Below, one piece after another: positions 1 through 10,881 of a stretch of 64,000 nt of DNA (position 1 is the stretch's first letter; each line of letters begins with the position of its first letter). Both the position numbers and the translations under genes were made by a program. Location of the stretch: assembly GCA_047495785.1 (NCBI GenBank), contig JBLDXI010000019.1:2046001-2110000 (forward strand), given 5' to 3'. Under the pieces are notes generated by a model that was not told where the DNA came from, made no database searches, and saw only the letters and a program-made list of their open reading frames with translations. Source of the DNA: Lepidodermella squamata. Taxonomy: Eukaryota > Animalia > Gastrotricha.

Positions 1-272
1 TAAAATTTATGGGTCTTCCTTTGGAAAAAATGAAATTCAATTTGACAGAAATTTTAAAATTTTCGGGAAATTGACTAGAGCCTTGCAATTTGGTTACGCA
101 ATAAATATTCTGATTTTTCCATTTTATTCATGTAAATCCCATTTCATTTATTCATTTTCTCAAATACTGATCTATCGTATTAAATTTTTATTGAGCTGAA
201 ATTAAATCCTATTTCCATTAATTTCGATTAATAATTGATTTATTTAAATGTGAACAAAATGTATATTTTCAG

Positions 273-760
273 CCATGATTGTGTCTTTCAATGCTGCGAT
301 TTCGCCTCAAATGAAGGAGCAAATCGAAAGCAGAAGCCTGAAACTGCTCCACCATAATATAATCTACCGACTCATCGACGGGATTCGGGACGAACTAACA
401 TCTCGCCTGCCGATGAAAGTTGTCGAAGAAAAACTGGGCGAGGCCACTGTGAAGCAGGTCTTCAAACACATCTCTCGTGAGAGTGAAGAAGGACAAATGT
501 GGCCGGGTCACATGTCGACAACGGCCAATTGACCCGAAATGATTTGTATCGAATAACCCGCGCGGCGAGGTGGTTTTCGAGGGCCAACTTGTTTCACTGC
601 GGCATTTCAAGCAAGACGTGCCGAGTATTTCTTCGGGGCAGGAGTGCGGCCTGCGATTCGGCGATGCTGTGATACCGGAACTGGCGATACTGTGCTTTGC
701 TATCGAAAATCGTCGGTGCCAGATAAAATCGACTGGGAACCTTAGTCTCTGAAGATTAGA
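273..760 (+). CDS. MTIF2: Mitochondrial translation initiation factor IF-2, last exon (gene begins before the window); apparent frameshifts
   Basis: Acceptor ttttcag ends at 272. ORFs 275-532 and 570-752 give HNIIYRLID...LGEATVKQVF and LVSLRHFKQDV...GQECGL, typical IF2 C-terminal motifs. Frame breaks are probably consensus indels; the end coordinate is approximate. Confidence 0.85.
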
Positions 761-897
761 ATTTTTGTATTTTTTTGCCGTGATTATATGTTAAATAGGA
801 AACGCTCAATTACTTGTTCAAGTTTGAACATGGCTGGAAATAAAAAGTTTTTGATTGCTTAACTATTTGCGTTTATTTTGTAGTTTATTTTTTTTAA

Positions 898-1945
898 ATG
901 AGCGAGGATAATAAGGAGGCTGGTTCTCCGACTAACCTGCTGGTCCGAATGTGAAATTTACGATTCAGCAGTGTTTGAAGGCTTCGCTGAAAATTGTCGC
1001 GGATGAAAATGAAGCTGAACATGTAATCGAGGTTGGTTATCAAATGAATCACTAATTGCTGGAATATGAGAATATGCGAAACAAATATATTATTGAAAAT
1101 TAGCAAAGGACCGATTCAGCAAAATCAATTTCAGAATAATTTAATCGTAAATTTATAAGTACTTGAGAAGACAAATTGAACTTGGTTCCGATTGGACGCC
1201 ATAAATTTAGCGTTCCATCACATTTCCAAAATATGGTTTTTGAATTTCGGATTAATTTGTTTTAATTTCGATTTTTCTGAATTGAAAATTTGAACTTTTG
1301 AATATCTATAGAATTTAGCCCGAAACGCCTAAACTTGGTGCTGGAGTCTCAAACTGTAGACCATTTTTAGTTGAATTACGCATTCAACTGCCCGATTTCA
1401 ATGCGATATGCTAATGCAAACCATCCCTCAACTTTTTGTTCATCATTTTAAATTTTCCAAAAAAATCCAGATCGGCCGTGGTATCGTAATTTTGCTGTGT
1501 TTCACCGCGGTGCGACGGAGCAAGCTGTCGATAAAGCAGGTAAAATATTATTGCTAAAATTCAAATATTCCGCCTTAATAATTTACGCCATTTTTTAAAG
1601 CGAAACTGGTTTTAGCGGCTAAATTGAGCGAGCCGAGTGAAGACGGATCCGATGGTTCGAATCAGGTGAAGTCGAAAACTCGAGGCCGGGTTTTCGATCG
1701 TCGAATTTGCCCGGCGATATTCTCGTCGTACCGCAGGCGACGCTAGGCGGCCGTTTCAAAGGCAACCAGCCGCAATATCACGCAATTGCGAGGTGACAAT
1801 TGCGAAACAGCTCTACGACAGATTGTGAACACCCTGCGCGAGGCCATGGCGAAAAGGCCGCAAAGTTGAGGCGGGTCGATATGGCGCTAGGCAGCCGTTG
1901 TCTATGGAAACCGACGGGCCTTATACGCATCTCATTGAACTGTGA
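898..1945 (+). CDS. DTD2: D-aminoacyl-tRNA deacylase 2 / ATD-like, 3 exons (898-1031, 1471-1539, 1601-1945), several apparent indels
   Basis: Hand translation gives [45 protein letters not shown] and [18 protein letters not shown] and T(N/D)GPYTH are the ATD/DTD2 signature motifs. GT-AG junctions are present. Confidence 0.85.
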
Positions 1946-2285
1946 TTTTTTTGAATTAATCTTTTTCGTTTCGAGAAATAAATCGAATATTATTGAACAT
2001 ATACGAAATGTTTTCTTAACTGGGAATGATTCAAGCTCAAATACGCGTCAGACAGTAATTTGACGATATCAGGCCGAAATATCCGAAATGCGTTGAACAA
2101 ATGGCATTAAATAGGTTCGAAATTATGTTTCGGAACAGCCAGAAGATATTCTGATAATTAGAAAACAGCCATTATTTAAGAAATTATGGGCCATTCCAGC
2201 TTAATGCATCCAAAGAACTCACCCGGGTGTTCAGATCATCGCGAAACATTTTTTTGGGAGAGCTCCAAAAAGAATTGGAACATGC

Positions 2286-2849
2286 CGTCGGTTCAGCGCT
2301 AAAAACCGTCTAAGCCGCACCACATATAAAATATACGCAGGCCATACGCACGCACTAACATTATATTATACGCGCAAAGCAGTCTGCTTATATTATATTT
2401 ACAGCAATTTCAATATATTATGGATGATAATAATATATTATATACCCAATGTCTAATTATCCAATTTGATCGCTCATTGTTAGCATGATGCATGATGATA
2501 GTCAATATTCGATCGACTGTCCCACATGGTTTAATTTGTGTGATATGTTCTCCCAATGATTGAGGCGGATACGCCTGAGTTGTGAGACAAAAGTACTAGG
2601 AATATCTCCGCAAATTGTTTATTTATTTATTTCTTCATTGTTAGGAGCAAAAAAACTCAGGTCCTTCTCGCAATAAACATTGGCAGGAATATTATAGATG
2701 GATTGAATTATCTCATGACATCAAAGGAAAATCTGACGCCGTAGAATGTGCGCAAAGTTGAGTACAGTTCAGACAGTTCAAAATTGGAGCATAATTGATC
2801 CTTTGAAAAGAGTCGCCATTTCGTTTTCACTCGGAATCAATTGGGGCAC
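2286..2849 (-). mobile_element. Left arm: inverted, diverged copy of 13489-14055 (long TIR, or 3' end of a second Sola-type element)
   Basis: cgtcggttcagcgctaaaaaccgtctaagccgc...cactcggaatcaattggggcac is the reverse complement, with many substitutions, of gtgccccaattgattccgagtg...gcggcttagacggtttttagcgctgaaccgacg. Confidence 0.85.
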
Positions 2850-2874
2850 ATATCTTTGTTCTTTAGTTTTCGGA

Positions 2875-5800
2875 ATCGATAATCGGTCCAAAACGGGATC
2901 GGCCCACGTCGGCTAGCTCAGGCAACGATGGCGGTAACAATGCAGCAGGAATTACGAATGCCGGAGCCAATGGCTACTGGCGGCAATGCGTTGTAGTCGC
3001 GAGATGACCCTGAAACCAGCCAGAATTGACAAGTCTTGACCGATCAATCGCCGAAGATCTCATCGATATCGATAGCTGGCCGGGAACCAAAGCGTGGGAT
3101 GACGTTAGCAGCCATCCCAAGTAAGATTTCAGACCATTGGTTAAACTTGAACCGAGACCCGCCAAGTCCCAGACGTTGAAAGTGAAACGCCAAAATGGGT
3201 CCCAATTCCAGCTTAATACTCAAGTTTTCAGTCTGATCAGCCGAAAAAATCGATAATCGGTCCAAAACGGGATCGGCCCACATCGGCTAGCTCAGGCAAC
3301 GATGGTCGTAACATTGCAGCAGGAATTACGAATGCCGGAGCCAAGGGCTACTCGCGGCAAATCGTTGTTAGTCGCGAGATGACACCGGAAAACAGCCAGA
3401 ATTGACAAGTCCTGACCGATCAATCGCCGAAGATCTCATCGATATCGATAGCTGGCCGGGAACCAAAGCGTGGGATGACGTTAGCAGCCATCCTAAGCAA
3501 GATTTTAGACCATTGGTCGAATTTGAATCGAGACCCCGCCAAGTCCCAGACGTTGAAAGTGAAACGGCCAAAATGGGTCCCAATTCCAGCTTAAAACTCA
3601 AGTTTTCAGTCTGATCAGCCGAAAAAATCGATAATCGGTCCAAAACGGGATCGGCCCACGTCGGCTAGCTCAGGCAACGATGGCGGTAACATGCAGCAGG
3701 AATTACGAATGCCGGAGCCAATGGCTACTGGCGGCAATGCGTTGTAGTCGCGAGATGACCCTGAAACCAGCCAGAATTGACAAGTCTTGACCGATCAATC
3801 GCCGAAGATCTCATCGATATCGATAGCTGGCCGGGAACCAAAGCGTGGGATGACGTTAGCAGCCATCCCAAGTAAGATTTCAGACCATTGGTCGAATTTG
3901 AATCGAGACCCGCCAAGTCCCAGACGTTGAAAGTGAAACGGCCAAAATGGGTCCCAATTCCAGCTTAAAACTCAAGTTTTCAGTCTGATCAGCGAAAAAA
4001 TCGATAATCGGTCCAAAACGGGATCGGCCCACATCGGCTAGCTCAGGCAACGATGGCGGTAACAATGCAGCAGGAATTACGAATGCCGGAGCCAAGGGCT
4101 ACTCGCGGCAAATCGTTGTAGTCGCGAGATGACACCGAAAACAGCCAGAATTGACAAGTCCTGACCGATCAATCGCCGAAGATCTCATCGATATCGATAG
4201 CTGGCCGGGGAACCAAAGCGTGGGATGACGTTAGCAGCCATCCTAAGCAAGATTTTAGACCATTGGTCGAATTTGAATCGAGACCCGCCAAGTCCCAGAC
4301 GTTGAAAGTGAAACGGCCAAAATGGGTCCCAATTCCAGCTTTAAAACTCAAGTTTTCAGTCTGATCAGCCGAAAAAATCGATAATCGGTCCAAAACGGGA
4401 TCGGCCCACGTCGGCTAGCTCAGGCAACGATGGCGGTAACAATGCAGCAGAATTACGAATGCCGGAGCCAATGGCTACTGGCGCAATGCGTTGTAGTCGC
4501 GAGATGACCCTGAACCAGCCAGAATTGACAAGTCTTGACCGATCAATCGCCGAAGATCTCATCGATATCGATAGCTGGCCGGGAACCAAAGCGTGGGATG
4601 ACGTTAGCAGCCATCCAAGTAAGATTTCAGGACCATTGGTCGAATTTGAATCGAGACCCGCCAAGTCCCAGACGTTTGAAAGTGAAACGGCTAAAATGGG
4701 TCCCAATTCCAGCTTAAAACTCAAGTTTTCAGTCTGATCAGCCGAAAAAATCGATAATCGGTCCAAACGGGATCGGCCCACATCGGCTAGCTCAGGCAAC
4801 GATGGTCGTAACATTGCAGCAGGAATTACGAATGCCGGAGCCAAGGGCTACTCGCGGCAAATCGTTGTAGTCGCGAGATGACACCGAAAACAGCCAGAAT
4901 TGACAAGTCCTGACCGATCAATCGCCGAAGATCTCATCGATATCGATAGCTGGCCGGGAACCAAAGCGTGGGATGACGTTAGCAGCCATCCTAAGCAAGA
5001 TTTTAGACCATTGGTTAAACTTGAACCGAGACCCGCCAAGTCCCAGACGTTGAAGTGAAACGGCCAAAATGGGTCCCAATTCCAGCTTAAAACTCAAGTT
5101 TTCAGTCTGATCAGCCCGAAAAAATCGATAATCGGTCCAAAACGGGATCGGCCCACGTCGGCTAGCTCAGGCAACGATGGCGGTAACATTGCAGCAGGAA
5201 TTACGAATGCCGGAGCCAATGGCTACTGGCGGCAATGCGTTGTAGTCGCGAGATGACACCGAAAACAGCCAGAATTGACAAGTCTTGACCGATCAATCGC
5301 CGAAGATCTCATCGATATCGATGCTGGCCGGGAACCAAAGCGTGGGATGACGTTAGCAGCCATCCCAAGTAAGATTTCAGACCATTGGTCGAATTTGAAT
5401 CGAGACCCGGCCAAGTCCCAGACGTGAAAGTGAAACGGCCAAAATGGGTCCCCAATTCCAGCTTAAAACTCAAGTTTTCAGTCTGATCAGCCGAAAAAAT
5501 CGATAATCGGTCCAAAACGGGATCGGCCCACGTCGGCTAGCTCAGGCAACGATGGCGGTAACAATGCAGCAGGAATTACGAATGCCGGAGCCAAGGGCTA
5601 CTCGCGGCAATGCGTTGTAGTCGCGAGATGACCTCCAAACCAGCCAGAATTGACAAGTCTTGACCGATCAATCGCCGAAGATCTCATCGATATCGATAGC
5701 TGGCCGGGGAACCAAAGCGTGGGATGACGTTAGCAGCCATCCCAAGTAAGATTTCAGACCATTGGTTAAATTTGAACGAGACCCGCCAAGTCCCAGACGT

Positions 5801-7455
5801 TGAAAGTGAAACGGCCAAAATGGGTCCCAATTCCAGCTTAATACTCAAGTTTTCAGTCTGATCAGCCGAAAAAATCGATAATCGGTCCAAAACGGGATCG
5901 GCCCACATCGGCTAGCTCAGGCAACGATGGCGGTAACAATGCAGCAGGAATTACGAATGCCGGGAGCCAAGGGCTACTCGCGGCAAATCGTTGTAGTCGC
6001 GAGATGACACCGAAAACAGCCAGAATTGACAAGTCCTGACCGATCAATCGCCGAAGATCTCATCGATATCGATAGCTGGCCGGGAACCAAAGCGTGGGAT
6101 GACGTTAGCAGCCATCCTAAGCAAGATTTTAGACCATTGGTCGAATTTGAATCGAGACCCGCCAAGTCCCAGACGTTGAAAGTGAAACGCCAAAATGGGT
6201 CCCAATTCCAGCTTAAAACTCAAGTTTTCAGTCTGATCAGCCGAAAAAATCGATAATCGGTCCAAAACGGGATCGGCCCACGTCGGCTAGCTCAGGCAAC
6301 GATGGCGGTAACAATGCAGCAGGAATTACGAATGCCGGAGCCAATGGCTACTGGCGGCCAATGCGTTGTAGTCGCGAGATGACACCGAAAACAGCCAGAA
6401 TTGACAAGTCTTGACCGATCAATCGCCGAAGATCTCATCGATATCGATAGCTGGCCGGGAACCAAAGCGTGGATGACGTTAGCAGCCATCCCAAGTAAGA
6501 TTTCAGACCATTGGTCGAATTTGAATCGAGACCCGCCAAGTCCCAGACGTTGAAAGTGAAACGGCCAAAATGGGTCCCAATTCCAGCTTAAAACTCAAGT
6601 TTTCAGTCTGATCAGCCGAAAAAATCGATAATCGGTCCCAAAACGGGATCGGCCCACGTCGGCTAGCTCAGGGCAACGATGGCGGTAACAATGCAGCAGG
6701 AATTACGAATGCCGGAGCCAAGGGCTACTCGCGGCAATGCGTTGTAGTCGCGAGATGACCTCCAAACCAGCCAGAATTGACAAGTCTTGACCGATCAATC
6801 GCCGAAGATCTCATCGATATCGATAGCTGGCCGGGAACCAAAGCGTGGGATGACGTTAGCAGCCATCCCAAGTAAGATTTCAGGACCATTGGTTAAATTT
6901 GAACCGAGACCCGCCAAGTCCCAGGACGTTGAAAGTGAAACGGCCAAAATGGGTACACATCTCGTGAGAGTACTCAAGTTTTCAGTCTGATCAGCCGAAA
7001 AAATCGATAATCGGTCCAAAACGGGATCGGCCCACATCGGCTAGCTCAGGCAACGATGGCGGTAACAATGCAGCAGGAATTACGAATGCCGGAGCCAAGG
7101 GCTACTCGCGGCAAATCGTTGTAGTCGCGAGATGACACCGAAAACAGCCAGAATTGACAAGTCCTGACCGATCAATCGCCGAAGATCTCATCGATATCGA
7201 TAGCTGGCCGGGAACCAAAGCGTGGGATGACGTTAGCAGCCATCCTAAGCAAGATTTTAGACCATTGGTCGAATTTGAATCGAGACCCGCCAAGTCCCAG
7301 ACGTTGAAAGTGAAACGGCCAAAATGGGTCCCAATTCCAGCTTAAAACTCAAGTTTTCAGTCTGATCAGCCGAAAAAATCGATAATCGGTCCAAAACGGG
7401 ATCGGCCCACGTCGGCTAGCTCAGGCAACGATGGTGGTAACAATGTAGCAGGAAT
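2875..7455. repeat. Tandem satellite array, 375-bp consensus unit, 12 full copies plus a partial copy
   Basis: Unit marker gataatcggtcc at 2878, 3252, 3630, 4003, 4380, 4753, 5127, 5502, 5877, 6252, 6627, 7006 and 7381. All six frames of the unit contain stops. Confidence 0.97.
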
Positions 7456-8651
7456 GAGGGATGGAAGGCCTTGATTAACGGTTGTGGCGACGGTTGGTAC
7501 TCCTGTTCAGTACCCTGACGTCTGACGCCGAAGTAATTCGTATTCACACGGAATCGTGGAGAATTTCCCCGCATTTGTATGCGTCAGTTTGCCATGATCT
7601 CGCAAGTGTTTTGAAATACTGATCTGTTAATTGGAAAAATTCATAATTCGTTTTCTCTAGATTTGATATATTACCTTGAGTTGTTCTCGATGTCCACTCT
7701 GTTTCGTATCGCATCGTCTCGCTTTCGTTTCTAAAGCAATTATTACTTGCAAGAGATCTACGGCGAATGACATTCAAGGATGCCTCAGTTATTTTTTTTT
7801 CATAAAAAAGCGGTGGTGAAACTGAATTTCACCATTTCACCATTTTGGCACGAAAAAGATTTTATTTTGCAACCATTTTAAAGGGCAAAAGACTCCATCT
7901 AAGGAATATTTTAGGTATTGTTAGCTGTTAGACACAACCTGTTCCGAGCAAAACCGATCGCATTTTTATATTCAATTGGAGTGACCTTTCTCGGATGATA
8001 TCGAAAAAGAGGTGGGAAACAGTTTTGGTGGTTTTAGCTGTTTTAGTATTTCTATTGCATAGATGTGTGTAGTCTATGTAAAAACGTTGTCAGAATCAAA
8101 TAGAAAATGTGTAAAATGAGGCGCAGTATATTCAAGCCATGAATAAATGTAATCAATAACAGACGCATGCGCGCGCACGGCTGCTGACCTCTAAACATAA
8201 AATGTATGCCTGCATGCTCGTGTACATTCATGTTTGAGCGCGCATAAACAACTCCGCGTGATAGCGTCATTCTCCTCATTCTCTATATTTTCTATTTGTT
8301 GGTTTGAGCTTTCTCACTCTAGGCTTATAGCGAAGATGCACATAAATATATTCAGCTACTATGTTTAACCATAACGTTCATGCAAATTTCAAGATTTACA
8401 GATTTTTCTTCGAACCTACTTTTACAGGAATAGCTTCCGAATGATGCAATGAAATGCATTCTTCCTGTCATCTAGCGGCGTAAATTTATTTCGCGAAATG
8501 CGACAGCCTCAGCTAATTTGCGAAATTTTTCACCAATAGAAAAAATAGCGAAATTTCCGCATGTATTCTCAATTCTCTCGGATATTGTCGGGATCGTTTT
8601 ACAGCTGAAAATTCAGATTTTATTCCCAGTTCTATTCATTTCAAAATCCTG

Positions 8652-8859
8652 CATAGCGCAGCCACTTTTTACCGTAGCCGAGAATATCTCACAATAGAGC
8701 CCTTAATTTGAATAAGGGAACGCGAACAGATTTTTCGGCGAATATTTTTCATTTTGGAAATAAAAAATATTGGCCCAAAAAGTTTGTCCTTATGTGCAGG
8801 CAATTCGTTTGCTCTATTGTGCGATTTTCTCGGCTACGGTAAAAAGTGGCTGCGCTATG
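8652..8859. mobile_element. MITE, ~49-bp TIR
   Basis: catagcgcagccactttttaccgtagccgagaa...ttctcggctacggtaaaaagtggctgcgctatg. Confidence 0.75.
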
Positions 8860-9652
8860 TGATTTCAAAACTAGGGCTTAATAGAGAAACTTGCTATTTG
8901 GTCTAGCTGCTTTATCTGGTGAATCGTATTCATTAGGTGGCATTTAACAACATTATACAACCCGCTAAGAAAGTGATGTGCCACGCATCAAAACTAACAA
9001 CCCAAATCTGTCGTAATTATCCTTTGTCCTAATTTGTCACTAGTTCTTCTTACGAAATGACAGCACCTAGGTAAATCGTTAGGAATCGCTCTTGATTGAG
9101 CGACGCGTCGTAGCTCTGAAACTGTACCGTAGACATGCCGGGCACATGCTCACATACCCGTGCTCCGCAAACTGAGTTATTCTTGCCGCTTGCCGCCGGC
9201 CGGGCAGTTCATGACGGCCGGGAGCTGCTCCTGAGTTATTGCTGAAATGCGGCCGCATTCCCCTTTTTCTGGCTCGACACGAAAAGCAGCCTATTTTAGA
9301 CAACCCTCAGTTAAAATTCCAGCAAAATACCACCAGCTAAAGGTTGCTCCGCTTGCATACATGAGTAATGTCCAGTCAGCTGGGTCCAATCCAGTAATTC
9401 GAGGATTTTTGCTCATTTTCTTTCAGATTAGGAAGAGCGAACCATTTACAAACAATTTACAAAAGTGAATTTAAGCTTTGAGACCCATGCAGGAGTTGGG
9501 CGGGGCTAGTACCTATAGTACTTATCTATTGGTAACAACTGTGGCCCGTTCAGGAAGTTGTAGGTAGCACCGCTGAAGCAACCGCTTCTGTTCCACTCGT
9601 TTTGTGGGAAGTAATCAGCTTAGCTTAAGTTCGTTGTCAAGGCCTGTATAAT

Positions 9653-10363
9653 TAAATGTTTGAATGATGTACCATTTCGGACTACCTCGATACGATTCTT
9701 TGCCGCGAGTAGCCCTTGGCTCCGGCATTCGTAATTCCTGCTGCATTGTTACCGCCATCGTTGCCTGAGCTAGCGGACGTGGGCCGATCCCGTTTTGGAC
9801 CGATTATCGTTTTGTTCGGCTGATCGGACTGAAAACTTGAGTTTTAAGCTGGAATTGGGACCCTTTTTGGCCGTTTCACTTTCAACCTCTGGGACTTGGC
9901 GGGTCTCGGTTCAAATTCGACCAATGGTCTGAAATCTTACTTGGGATGGCTGCTAACGTCATCCCACGCTTTGGTTCCCGGCCAGCTATCGATATCGATG
10001 AGATCTTCGGCGATTGATCGGTCAGGACTTGTCAATTCTGGCTGGTTTCAGGGTAATCTTGCGACTACAACGCTTTGCCGCGAGTAGCCCTTGGCTCAGG
10101 CATTCGTAATTCCTGCTGCATTGTTACCGCCATCGTTGCCTGAGCTAGCGGACGTGGGCCGATCGGACCGTATCCTCGATCGGCTTTATTTATTACAGCT
10201 TCTTCATGGCAATCAGTTTGATATTAGGCCTAAGTAACAATTTCATAAACAATGCAAAGTTTTTAATTATTGAGGCGGATTCTTCAATTTTCATTAGAAT
10301 TAGAATTCGAATTCGAATAAAGGTATCGAGGTAGTCCGAAATGGTACATCATTCAAACATTTA
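9653..10363. mobile_element. Non-autonomous TIR element carrying ~1.25 inverted units of the 375-bp satellite
   Basis: Perfect 41-bp inverted repeat at 9653-9693 and 10323-10363. Internal 9699-10165 is reverse-complement satellite with period 375 (9699 vs 10074). Confidence 0.85.
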
Positions 10364-10881
10364 TTAATCTTCCCTCATGAACGAAGAAACCTTCTTATTG
10401 CACTTACCTGTAGAATTAACCTGTTTATTAAGGCCTCTTACCTCTTGTTAATTATCTTACTAAGCACAATGGGCAATAGAACTCTCGCGGAAGAAAATTT
10501 CAAACTTTGCGATTTAAGCTTGAAAGAAATTTGCGGCCGATGCCAATGCAATCTTAATGTAAGATCAGCCGAAGAAGGGTCGGATTATATCCGCCGCCGG
10601 CGGCCGGAGCCCAGGTGAGGAGAATTTACGGAGAACTGGCATTGCGAACATTGCAGTAGTAACAGTAGTCTCTCGAATCGGATGTTGGAACTTTCTCAAA
10701 TTAAGCTGCTCTAATTTCAAGCAAGCGAGTATCCGAATTCCAGCCCCTCCGCCTAATGATCATTATATGTTTTTCGCCTACTGAGGAAATAACTCGCAAA
10801 TATTTCAACGCTATTTTAGGAAGCTTTTACAAATGAACTATATGATTCACTGATTGTAGGTATTCGTATTTCGTAGGTTTC

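Noticed and set aside
2875-7455. 375-bp unit as a 125-codon coding repeat, CRISPR array or hammerhead retrozyme
   Set aside because: There are stops in all six frames of a clean unit and no unique spacers. The closest core-like string is CTGATCAG..GAAA, not CUGANGA. A covariance-model search was not possible, so other structured RNAs are not excluded.
2875-7455. 5S rDNA / spliced-leader RNA repeat
   Set aside because: No recognisable 5S sequence or SL1 leader (GGTTTAATTACCCAAGTTTGAG) in the unit.
7544-7777. 77-aa ORF next to the array
   Set aside because: No recognisable motif and no supportable exon chain.
9079-9468. Short ORFs between the array and the MITE
   Set aside because: No motif and no consistent splice structure found.
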